64,000 bases of DNA from an uncultured delta proteobacterium (GTDB taxonomy: Bacteria > Desulfobacterota > Binatia > JACPRU01): the NCBI GenBank assembly GCA_963745025.1, contig CAVUWD010000002.1, positions 32,001 through 96,000 on the forward strand, read 5' to 3'. Below are positions 22,821 to 31,807 of this stretch, piece after piece. Within the stretch, counting starts at the first letter, position 1, and the number at the start of each line of letters is the position of its first letter. The translations under genes were made by a program, and so were the position numbers. The notes below the pieces were generated by a model. It was not told where the DNA came from, did not search any database, and was given only the letters and a program-made list of their open reading frames with translations.

Positions 22821-23753
22821 ATGACGGCAGCCGCTGAGCGCGTCCTGGTCACGGGAGCTTCCGGCTTTGTCGGCCGGCAGGCCGTAGCTGCATTGCGTTC
22901 GTCCGGATTCGAGGTCGTTGCCGTCTCCTCGCACGAACGAGTCGGCGCGCCCGATGTCGTCTGGAGGCAATGCGACTTGCTCGACGCCGTGCAAACCGAG
23001 CGCCTCCTCGCCGAGGTTCACCCGACTCGTCTTCTGCATCTCGCCTGGTACACGGAGGCCGGCAAGTATTGGGAATCACCCGAGAACCCACGGTGGCTCG
23101 ACGCCACCCGCACGATCGCGCGTGCCTTCGGCTCGATCGGCGGTCAGCGCTTCGTCGGCGCCGGTTCCTGTGCCGAGTACGACTGGACCGTTGGCGACGG
23201 CATCTGCCGCGAGACATCGACGCCACTGCGGCCCTGTTCATTGTACGGGCGCTCCAAGGATGCGGCTCGCGCTGCCGTCGAGTCGGAGGCGCGCGAGTTC
23301 GGGTTCTCTGCGGTGTGGGGACGAATTTTCCATCTCTACGGGCCATTCGAGCATCCGTCGCGGCTCATCTCCTCGATGATCGTTGCACTGCTCAGCGGCG
23401 GTGATGCGCGCACGTCGCACGGCGAGCAGGTGCGTGACTTCATGCACGTCGCGGACGTGGGTGCGGCCTTCGCGTCCCTCCTCGACAGCTCTGTCGAGGG
23501 GGCCGTCAACCTCGGCACAGGCCGCTCCCTGCCGATCAGGGAGGTCGCGCTCGCTATCGCTGACCGTCTCGGCGCGCGAGATCGTCTGCGGCCCGGCGCG
23601 ATCCCGGCAAGAGCCGACGACCCGCCGCGGCTGGTGCCCGACGTTCGACGCCTCCAGGACGAGGTGGGGTTCTCGCCGCGCTACGTGCTCGAGGATGGGC
23701 TCGAGCAGACCATCGCCTGGTGGCGCGAGGCGGTATCCGTGCGCGCTCGATGA
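22821..23753 (+). CDS. NAD-dependent epimerase / 4-ketoreductase
   Basis: VTGASGFVG, LHLAW, GSCAEY, YGRSK, RDFMHV. Confidence 0.85.
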   Translation: MTAAAERVLVTGASGFVGRQAVAALRSSGFEVVAVSSHERVGAPDVVWRQCDLLDAVQTERLLAEVHPTRLLHLAWYTEAGKYWESPENPRWLDATRTIARAFGSIGGQRFVGAGSCAEYDWTVGDGICRETSTPLRPCSLYGRSKDAARAAVESEAREFGFSAVWGRIFHLYGPFEHPSRLISSMIVALLSGGDARTSHGEQVRDFMHVADVGAAFASLLDSSVEGAVNLGTGRSLPIREVALAIADRLGARDRLRPGAIPARADDPPRLVPDVRRLQDEVGFSPRYVLEDGLEQTIAWWREAVSVRAR

Positions 23754-24919
23754 CGATGAAAGTCTCCTGCCCTGTCTGCGGCTCGGGCCGTCTCGAAGTA
23801 TTCCTCGAGAGGCGCGGCGTGCCCGTGCACCAGAACCTGCTGGTCTCCACGCAGGCCGAGGCCGTCGCCGTCGCGCGCGGAGATCTTGCCATGACCGTCT
23901 GTGCGGAGTGCGAATTCGTCTTCAACGCCGCATTCGACTCCTCGCTGCTGACCTACGGGCACAACTACGACAACACACAGACGCACTCCCCGCACTTTGC
24001 GACCTATGTCGACGAGCTCGCAATACTCGTCAACGGAAATGACCTACGAGACCGCCGTCTAGTCGAGGTGGGGTGCGGCAAAGGTTATTTTCTCAGGAAG
24101 CTGGTTTCGCTCGACGCTGCCAACACAGGTGTCGGTTTCGATCCGAGTTACAGCGGTCTTGAATCCGATCTCGACGACCGCATCCGATTCGAACGGCGAT
24201 TCTATGGCCCTGACTGTGCGGTGCCCGCCGATGCGGTGGTCTGCCGCCACGTCATCGAACACGTCGAGGATCCCGTCGCGCTGCTGCAATCGGTGCGTGG
24301 CGCGCTCGACCAATCACCCGCCGCCCTCGTCTTCTTTGAAACCCCCTGCGTCGAATGGATCCTCCAAGGCGGTGTCGTCTGGGATTTCTTCTACGAACAT
24401 TGTTCGCTCTTTTCAGAGCACTCCCTTGCGTCGGCATTCGCGGCAGCGGGCTTTTCGGTACGCCGGACACGGCGGTTGTTCGGCGACCAGTACCTCTGGC
24501 TCGAGGCCGAGCCTGTCGCAGATTGGAGGATGCGTCGCTGTCGTGGGGGTGTTCTCGAACTCGCCCGGCGTTTCGCATCGACTGAGGCCTCGATCAAGCA
24601 CGCCATCGTGGCGAAGCTCTCTGATCTGGGGCGGAACAGCGGCGGCATTGCGCTTTGGGGCGCGGGCGCAAAGGGTTCCACGCTCGCCAACCTCGCCGAT
24701 CCCGAACGCCACATCTTCGATTGCGTCGTCGACATCAACCCGAGCAAGCACGGGTGCTTCGTCCCGGGCACGGGCCATCCGATCGTCGATTTTCGAGAGC
24801 TGCCGCGGCGCGGCGTCCGCCACGCCGTCCTCACCAACCCTAACTACCGCAGCGAGATCAATGAGCTGTTGGCGCAAGCCGAGGTCAATGTCACGCTTCT
24901 CGAGCTGGAGACGAGATGA
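23750..24919 (+). CDS. Second NDP-sugar C-methyltransferase-like protein
   Basis: CPVC..CAEC, EVGCGKG, RHVIEH, FYEH, WGAGAKG, VDINP. Confidence 0.85.
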   Translation: MTMKVSCPVCGSGRLEVFLERRGVPVHQNLLVSTQAEAVAVARGDLAMTVCAECEFVFNAAFDSSLLTYGHNYDNTQTHSPHFATYVDELAILVNGNDLRDRRLVEVGCGKGYFLRKLVSLDAANTGVGFDPSYSGLESDLDDRIRFERRFYGPDCAVPADAVVCRHVIEHVEDPVALLQSVRGALDQSPAALVFFETPCVEWILQGGVVWDFFYEHCSLFSEHSLASAFAAAGFSVRRTRRLFGDQYLWLEAEPVADWRMRRCRGGVLELARRFASTEASIKHAIVAKLSDLGRNSGGIALWGAGAKGSTLANLADPERHIFDCVVDINPSKHGCFVPGTGHPIVDFRELPRRGVRHAVLTNPNYRSEINELLAQAEVNVTLLELETR

Positions 24920-25689
24920 AGCTCAGCGTAGACACCGATGCTCGGACCCTTGTCGAAGAGCGCGACGGCCGCACGCGAACCCTCGACCTTTATACGCCCG
25001 AGGCGTTCGAATTGCTGTCCTTACAGTGGCTCCGTGTGGGCTGGGCGGAGAAGTATTCGCACACCTTCACCTGGCTCGGCCGGCCCATAATCCAACTGCC
25101 AGAGGACATAGTCCGGACGCAGGAGGTGATCTATAGGGTCAAGCCGGACGTCATCATCGAGACAGGTGTGGCGCACGGAGGCTCACTGGTGTTCTATGCA
25201 AGCCTCTGCAAGATCCTTGGCAAGGGGCGTGTCATCGGAGTCGACATCGATATTCGTTTCCACAACCGCGAGGCGATCGAGGCCCATGAACTAGCGCCGT
25301 ATATCACGCTCGTCCGAGGCAGCTCGACGGCACCGGATATCGTGAAACGTGTTCACGACCTCGTCACGCCCGGCGAGAGAGCGTTCGTGGTCCTTGATTC
25401 CAACCACGCGAAAAACCATGTCCAAGACGAACTCGCGGCCTACCACGATCTCGTTGCCCCGGGGTCTTACATCGTGGCGGCGGATGGCATCATGAAGGAC
25501 CTTCACGACGTGCGGCGCGGCAAGCCAGAGTGGACGTGGAATCACCCTATGGCGGCCGCTGCCGATTTTGCCGCCGCCCACCCCGAATTCGTCCTCGAGC
25601 AGCCGCCGTGGTTGTTCTCGGAAAGCGGGCTAAAGATGAACGTCACGCACTGGCCTGGAGCCTGGTTGCGTCGCACGGAGAAGCGATGA
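24916..25689 (+). CDS. CmcI / cephalosporin-hydroxylase family (sugar O-methyltransferase-like)
   Basis: WLGRPIIQLPED, IIETGVAHGGS, VLDSNH. Confidence 0.88.
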   Translation: MKLSVDTDARTLVEERDGRTRTLDLYTPEAFELLSLQWLRVGWAEKYSHTFTWLGRPIIQLPEDIVRTQEVIYRVKPDVIIETGVAHGGSLVFYASLCKILGKGRVIGVDIDIRFHNREAIEAHELAPYITLVRGSSTAPDIVKRVHDLVTPGERAFVVLDSNHAKNHVQDELAAYHDLVAPGSYIVAADGIMKDLHDVRRGKPEWTWNHPMAAAADFAAAHPEFVLEQPPWLFSESGLKMNVTHWPGAWLRRTEKR

Positions 25690-25750
25690 TGACTGCAAGC
25701 CATTAGATGTCGTTTTCGAAGCTCCTATTAATATGAACGGCGATTCTGAT

Positions 25751-25846
25751 TTTTTCGTATCCGGCGATCTCCATTTCGCCACGCACAGTCATGAAGTCTT
25801 GGCCGACACGATCGCGACCTGGGTCGAGAAGCATCGCGTGTTGTAG
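25751..25846 (+). pseudogene. Orphan C-terminus of an SGNH/AlgJ-like O-acetyltransferase
   Basis: Own translation FFVSGDLHFATHSHEVLADTIATWVEKHRVL*: D-x-H followed by the terminal helix; no upstream body. Confidence 0.45.
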
Positions 25847-25874
25847 GAGCGCGCCCCGATACCAGCTGGAAGAC

Positions 25875-26840
25875 ATGATCGAAAACCCTGACCGCCTTAA
25901 CTCCCCTCGGCCCCTCGTCAGCGTGGGGATGCCGGTTCGAAACGGCGCTCGCACGCTCGAGCGCGCCGTTCGCTCGATCACCGGACAATCGTACGGGAAC
26001 CTCGAAATCGTGGTCTCTGACAACGCCTCGAGCGACGAGACGCCCGAAATTTTGCGCCGGCTCGCCGTAGAGGATCATCGGATCCGCGTCGTTCGGCATG
26101 AGACGGCGACGACGGCGCTGGAGAACTTCCGTGCAGCCTTCGAGGCAACTACCGGGGAGTTCTTTCTATGGGCTGCACATGACGATCTGCGCTCGACGAA
26201 CTACGTGGAGGTTCTGCTTAACGGGCTTCTGGATTCGCAGAGCGCCTCCATCGCGTTCTCCGATGTGATTGTCTTTGACGAATTGGAAAGCGATCCCCGA
26301 ATGTCGGGCGGACAGTGCGCGTTGGCCCACGATTTCGCGTTTCGAGACCTTCCGCTTGCGGAGCGCCTAAAGAAACAGGCGTGCTGCGCCCCGTATCACA
26401 TCTACGGACTCATTCGAGCTCGGTATCTACGGCAGTATCGCTGGTACGATTGCGATCATGCCGCAGACTGGGCGCTGATAGCGTATCTGGCGTGCCGCGG
26501 CGATTTCATCGTCGTTCCGGGTGCGACGTTCTACTACCACTACGTCGGCCGGAAGACGGTTCGGGCGATGGCGCTGGCGAACATGCTTCGCAAAGAGCGA
26601 CCGTTCCGGAGCGAGAGGATCGCATGGATCTGCGCGAGCGCCGTCCGCGATGCGGAGCGAGTGTCCGGTCGTTCGATCAACCGCTTTTCAATGTTCGCTC
26701 GCATCTACGTGTGGCAACATCGCGGCTGGAAGAACCTGCTGTATACTCGTGCCCCTCCATTGCTGCGAAGGGGATGGGACCGGTGGAGGGTGATCCGGTC
26801 AAGTTTCTCCGCGCCGGACGACGAGCTTCGAGCCGACTGA
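25875..26840 (+). CDS. Glycosyltransferase family 2
   Basis: VSVGMPVRNG, VSDNASSDET, FLWAAHDD. Confidence 0.88.
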   Translation: MIENPDRLNSPRPLVSVGMPVRNGARTLERAVRSITGQSYGNLEIVVSDNASSDETPEILRRLAVEDHRIRVVRHETATTALENFRAAFEATTGEFFLWAAHDDLRSTNYVEVLLNGLLDSQSASIAFSDVIVFDELESDPRMSGGQCALAHDFAFRDLPLAERLKKQACCAPYHIYGLIRARYLRQYRWYDCDHAADWALIAYLACRGDFIVVPGATFYYHYVGRKTVRAMALANMLRKERPFRSERIAWICASAVRDAERVSGRSINRFSMFARIYVWQHRGWKNLLYTRAPPLLRRGWDRWRVIRSSFSAPDDELRAD

Positions 26841-26846
26841 AGCACT

Positions 26847-27212
26847 TTGGAGCAAGCGGTGAACGTAAATGGCTTCGGGGTCGAGTATTTGCGCTTTACG
26901 GCCCCCGAGGGCGAGCCAGTGGTAACACCCGGTTCAGCTCGAGATACGCTAGCTTGGATCCTTGCCCGGAAGGAACGCGAGCTTGTGGACTTTCGTTGCC
27001 CCGAACAACGCGGGTGGGATGAGCTCTATCGGGAGCGCGAACCGTCGCGCCCAACAACGAGTCAAGAGCGTCTCGAACGCGTCAAGGGCTGGGTCGTCTG
27101 GATGCTGCCTCCGGCCGTACTGGATGCCTACCGCTTGTTGGGCGGCCATCGCCGGAGCTCGGTCGTCGCTCGGGACATCGGGGGAGATCGACGCGGGGCT
27201 GAACGCGTGTGA
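26847..27212 (+). CDS. Hypothetical protein, possibly a methyltransferase C-terminal remnant
   Basis: Fills the gap in operon orientation; stop overlaps the next start. Confidence 0.35.
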   Translation: MEQAVNVNGFGVEYLRFTAPEGEPVVTPGSARDTLAWILARKERELVDFRCPEQRGWDELYREREPSRPTTSQERLERVKGWVVWMLPPAVLDAYRLLGGHRRSSVVARDIGGDRRGAERV

Positions 27213-27974
27213 CCCACGAAGCGAGTAAGACCCGCCGGATTTGGGACGAACGGGTGCTAGGTCTCCTGGCGGGTGAGGGGATCGACATCGGCTGCGGAGA
27301 TGATCCGAGTCCTTCCGGGCGTGGATCGATTCGACCGGTCGGACGGCGACGCGAACAACATCTCCGCTGTCGTGAGCAAGCGTTACGACTTCGTCTTCGC
27401 GGCGCACTGTCTCGAGCATATGGTCGACGCCCGCGCAGCGTTGGCCGAGTGGTTTTCGCTGGTGAGGCCGGGGGGACACTTGATCGTCCTCGTGCCCGAC
27501 GAGGATCTTTACGAGCAGGGGATCTTTCCGAGCCTTTTCAACGACGACCACAAGTGGACCTTCACGATCCACAAGAATTGCTCTTGGTCCCCTGTTTCCC
27601 AGAACCTGCTGGACCTCGCGCGCTCGCTGCCAGGAGAGATCGTCAATCTCGAGCTGCAAGACCGCGGCTACGATCGTCGTCTCGTCCGGCACACGCCCGG
27701 CCGCTGGGCGCTGCGTCTGTTCACGCTCTATCGGTGGCTGTCGAGGCGGATCGAATCTGCCACGGCCAGGCGGAGGCTCGGTATTCTCTTCAATGCCTTG
27801 GGCATGCCGATCGACCAGACGACGTTTCCCGACGATCGGATGGCACAGATCCAGTTGATCGTGCGGAAGCCCGAGCGAGCGAACGGCGTGGATCAGCCCG
27901 CAGACCCGCAACGCGGATGGTCGAGCAGCGCGAGCGCGCCGGCCGCGGCCGCAGCCGGAGGGTCCTCGAAGTGA
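27209..27974 (+). CDS. SAM-dependent methyltransferase type 11 (frameshifted)
   Basis: GIDIGCGDD, then DFVFAAHCLEHM, VRPGGHL in the next frame. Confidence 0.8.
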
Positions 27975-28880
27975 GCGACGCGGTGGCGCTCGCCACGTGG
28001 TCCGGCGAAGCCCGGCGCGCTGGGCCCCCAGAACGAGAGCGTGGGCGTTCCCACGGCCTCGGCGAGCTTGAGCGGCCCAGAGTCGTTACCGACGAAGAGA
28101 TCCGCCCGAGCCAACAACGCCGCCGTCTCGACGAGCGAGAGTTCTCCCGCCCAAGAGCTGCCGTGGGGCGTGGAGGGAAGAGCTTCGAGCAGCGAGGCGG
28201 CGAGCAGCTTTTCCGCAGCGTTCCCGACGACTGCGATAGCGACGGGACGCTCCGCGGCGATCCGCGCCAGCGTCTCGGCGAAGAGCGGCAATGGCGCGCG
28301 TCGGGCATGGCTGGAAGACCCCGGATGAGCGACGACCAGCGGGCGCGAGGCGTCGACCGTAAGCGCATCGAGGCGTTCTGCGATGCGCGCGAGCGCCCCC
28401 GGCGGCAACTTCAACCGCGGCCGCGGAGGATCATCGGTCGGCAGTCCGACGGCTCCAGCATAGTAGGAGCTCCGATGAGGCAGAGCGACGGGTGCCTTGC
28501 GCAGCGCGTTCAGCTCGTCCGCTTGCAGGGACGGAAGATCGATTGCGCGCGCCTCGCAGGATCCCCATCGGCAGAGAGCACGCAGGAACCGCCAGCGGGG
28601 TGGGTACACTTCCAGGTTGATGATCCGTTCGCCGGCGCGCTTCGCCCGCGCGAATTCCCTCACCACCTCGGCGCACCAGATGAGCGCTCGCGACGAGCGC
28701 ACCAGACGCACCGCTCGCACGCGGGGATCGGCGGTGAGCAGCGGTGCCGGCGCGGGTGCGGTCACCACGGTCAATGGATGCCCCGATCGCTTTGCCAGTG
28801 CGTCGAACGTCAGGGTCGCGAGGACGAGATCCCCGATGTACGTGACGCTGAAAACTACGATCGGCCTGGCGATGCCCTTC
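27893..28880 (-). CDS. GT9 (heptosyltransferase-like) glycosyltransferase, antisense to the operon, no clear start codon
   Basis: YIGDLVLAT upstream in frame, HPGS, LFVGNDSGPLKLAEAVGTP, FWGPS. Confidence 0.8.
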
Positions 28881-28945
28881 TATAGGTGGGAGCACAGATC
28901 GTTGTCCAGGTGGTTCGAAGGCGGGTAGAAGCCGCGCGGCGGAAC

Positions 28946-29659
28946 ATGAGCACGGAATCGATCGAACGCGAGAGGGAGCCGATATCCCTCGCCATCACCG
29001 GGTCGCGTCTCCATCAGTTGCTGCACGCCCTGCGCATGGTCTTGCGATCGGTGGTCAACAGCGCGACGAGCCGATCCCGGGTCCGGGGACGGCGGAACTC
29101 GGTCGTCACGTGGGGTGCGGTCCTCCGCGGCTGCGTGATCGAGATCCGAGGCGACGACAATTCGGTCGAGATCATGCCGAACGCTCGGCTGGTCGGAACG
29201 CGAATCCTAGTGCAGGGCTCTCGCCACCGTCTGTGGATCGGCAGGGACGCGTCCGCTCGAGGCGGCGAATTCGCCTTTCACAATGATGGGGGAACCGTGA
29301 GGGTGGGATCGCGGAGCAGCTTCTACGGTGTCGAAATCGGCGTGACCGAAGGTGGCCGGGTGGAAATCGGGGAAGACTGTTTGTTTTCGAATGGAGTCGA
29401 GATCCGAAACGGGGACTCCCATTCCATCATCGATCGTGCGACGAAGGAGCGCATCAACCCGGCCGCGGACGTGACGATCGGAGCCCACGTGTGGCTCGGA
29501 ACACGTGTGTTGGTGCTCAAGGGAAGCAGGATCGGCAACGGGTCCGTCGTCGGTGGAGCGTCGGTTGTGACCGGAGAGCTCCCCGAGAACTCGCTCGGGG
29601 TGGGGTCTCCGGCGAAGCTCCTGCGCGACGACATACACTGGGATCGAGAGATCCTTTGA
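28946..29659 (+). CDS. Hexapeptide-repeat (LbH) O-acyltransferase
   Basis: IGEDCLFS..DSHSI..RINPAADVTIGAHVWLG..LKGSRIG. Confidence 0.9.
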   Translation: MSTESIEREREPISLAITGSRLHQLLHALRMVLRSVVNSATSRSRVRGRRNSVVTWGAVLRGCVIEIRGDDNSVEIMPNARLVGTRILVQGSRHRLWIGRDASARGGEFAFHNDGGTVRVGSRSSFYGVEIGVTEGGRVEIGEDCLFSNGVEIRNGDSHSIIDRATKERINPAADVTIGAHVWLGTRVLVLKGSRIGNGSVVGGASVVTGELPENSLGVGSPAKLLRDDIHWDREIL

Positions 29660-30942
29660 CCTGTGGTGCGCTTGCGGGTTTGACCCGCGATGCTGGGCTG
29701 AAGGGATCGAGCGCGGGGCCCTCGCGGGTGCTCTACGTGTCCTACGACGGCCTGTTGGAGCCGCTCGGCGCCGCGCAGGTGCTGCCCTACGTCGAGGGCC
29801 TCGCGGCCCAGGGGTTTTCCATCGAAGTCCTCTCGTTCGAGAAGGCGAGGGACCTGAACGATGCTCCCCGCCGCGAGACGTTAAGGCGCCGATTCGCGAG
29901 CAGTGGCGTCACCTGGCGATGTCTCCGCTACCACCGCCGGCCCACGGTGCCGGCGACGTTGCTCGACGCGGCCCTCGGCGCTCGGGAAATCGTCCGATGG
30001 TCGCGACGGCACCGCGGAGCGAAGATCCTTCACCTTCGGGGGTACGTGCCGGGGCTCATGGGTCTTCTCTCGCAACGCTTACATGCCACGAGGTTGGTCT
30101 TCGACACTCGCAGCTTCATGGTGGATGAAAGGATCGAGTCGGGAATGTGGCGTGCCGGCTCTGCCGTGGTTCGACTGGCCCGCTTGGTTGAGCGTCGGCT
30201 TCTTGCCAGCGCCGATGCGGTCACCGTTGTCAGCCGAGCCGGGGCGCGCGCGTTGCCCGGAGCCCATCGAGACGCCGCACCGGCTCGGGTCCGGGTCATT
30301 CCCCCTTGCGTGGACCTCGATGCGTTCCGCCCCAGCAGCGATTCAGCGGCGGCTAAAGCCGAGCTCGGGCTGGCGGCGGGTCCCGCGATCGTGCATGCCG
30401 GTGCGCTCAGCACTTGGTACCTGGCGCCCTACACGTTCCAGGTCGGTGCAGAATTTGCGCGCCGGTCAGGAGGCAGCTTCGTCGTTCTCACCCGTGAGTT
30501 GGATCTCGCTCGTTCGCTCAACGAAACCTTTCGGGCAGGGGCTCTGGTGCGTCGCGTCGATCACTCCGACATGCCGCGCTGGCTCGGTGCGTGTGACGCC
30601 GGCCTGGCCGTCGTCCGGCCGGACCCGGCAAAGCGCGGCAGCATGCCGGTGAAGCTCGGGGAGTACCTCGCATGCGGGCTCGCCGCAGCGGCTACCGGCT
30701 GCGTGGGAGACGTTGCGGAGCACCTGTCTGGATCGCCCGTGGCGCTCCCCTTCGATCCCGGGTCGGAGTCTCCGTCGGAGATTGCCGCTCGCCTCTTGGC
30801 CGCTACCGCTCGCCCCGATCGCGCCGTAGCGGCACGCGCGCTCGCCCAGCGCTTGTACTCGCTCGCGCACGGTGTGGAAGCCTACGCCGCTCTCTACGAG
30901 GAGATTTGTTCAGTAAACCGTAGCGGTGTTGAGTTGGATTAG
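29656..30942 (+). CDS. Glycosyltransferase family 4-like
   Basis: LYVSYDGLLEPLGAAQVLPY, SFEK, PVKLGEYLACG. Confidence 0.85.
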   Translation: MTCGALAGLTRDAGLKGSSAGPSRVLYVSYDGLLEPLGAAQVLPYVEGLAAQGFSIEVLSFEKARDLNDAPRRETLRRRFASSGVTWRCLRYHRRPTVPATLLDAALGAREIVRWSRRHRGAKILHLRGYVPGLMGLLSQRLHATRLVFDTRSFMVDERIESGMWRAGSAVVRLARLVERRLLASADAVTVVSRAGARALPGAHRDAAPARVRVIPPCVDLDAFRPSSDSAAAKAELGLAAGPAIVHAGALSTWYLAPYTFQVGAEFARRSGGSFVVLTRELDLARSLNETFRAGALVRRVDHSDMPRWLGACDAGLAVVRPDPAKRGSMPVKLGEYLACGLAAAATGCVGDVAEHLSGSPVALPFDPGSESPSEIAARLLAATARPDRAVAARALAQRLYSLAHGVEAYAALYEEICSVNRSGVELD

Positions 30943-30954
30943 GGATCCGAAACG

Positions 30955-31782
30955 ATGAACACAGAGAAGAGTTGGGATTCGACGCCTTTGAAGCCGTGGA
31001 AGGATCTCGCTGACGATCCTGACTATTGGTTTCGCGGTTATTTTCACACCGCCCGAATCGCGTGGGACGGCACGTATAGGCGGGATTTCGACGAGTTGAG
31101 ACGAAGAGATCTCGCACTATTCGCACTCGGTGACGTGCGCGACAGAGCCATCCTGGACGTGGCGTGCGGTTCCGGCCTCTACATGGTCGTCCTAGCCAAG
31201 ATGGGCGCCCTCGTGTCGGGCCAAGACATCTCGGAGCAGGCAACGACAGAAGCTCAGGCCGCATTGGAGCGTCACGGCCTGCAGGGATCCTTGCGGGTAG
31301 GCACGGCAACTCGACTTCTGTTCGAAGACGCGTCCCTTGATGGCGTGATCAGCGGAGACTTCGTCGAGCACATCTCGCGGGACGAGAAGCGCACCTTTTT
31401 TTCAGAAGTCTACAGAGTCCTCAGACCCGGCGGCACCTTTGTCATCAAGACGCCAAATCTCATTTACCTCAGGCTAACGAACCTGCTGAAGAGAATGGCT
31501 GCGCTGGTTCGAGGGCGCTCGCCACTCGGGATTCACATCGAGCACACTCGAAACAATCCTGACAATCAACACCACGGCCTTACCACGTACAATGAGCTGA
31601 GCAGGATGCTTCGCGAGCAGCTCTTCCACTCCCCACAATTGACGTTTCAACCCTTGTCGAAGCGGCCCCTGCCGCAATACTGGCAGGAAACCCTTCCGAC
31701 CCTTCCAATTCTCTGGAGGCTGTTCAACCGCGATCTCATCGTCTCCAGTCGGAAGTCACTCTTATGCGGGCACTTCCCTTGA
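30955..31782 (+). CDS. Class I SAM-dependent methyltransferase
   Basis: ILDVACGSG, DFVEH, RVLRPGG..TPN. Confidence 0.88.
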   Translation: MNTEKSWDSTPLKPWKDLADDPDYWFRGYFHTARIAWDGTYRRDFDELRRRDLALFALGDVRDRAILDVACGSGLYMVVLAKMGALVSGQDISEQATTEAQAALERHGLQGSLRVGTATRLLFEDASLDGVISGDFVEHISRDEKRTFFSEVYRVLRPGGTFVIKTPNLIYLRLTNLLKRMAALVRGRSPLGIHIEHTRNNPDNQHHGLTTYNELSRMLREQLFHSPQLTFQPLSKRPLPQYWQETLPTLPILWRLFNRDLIVSSRKSLLCGHFP

Positions 31783-31807
31783 CCGTTGCCAATGTAGGAG
31801 CGGGCTC

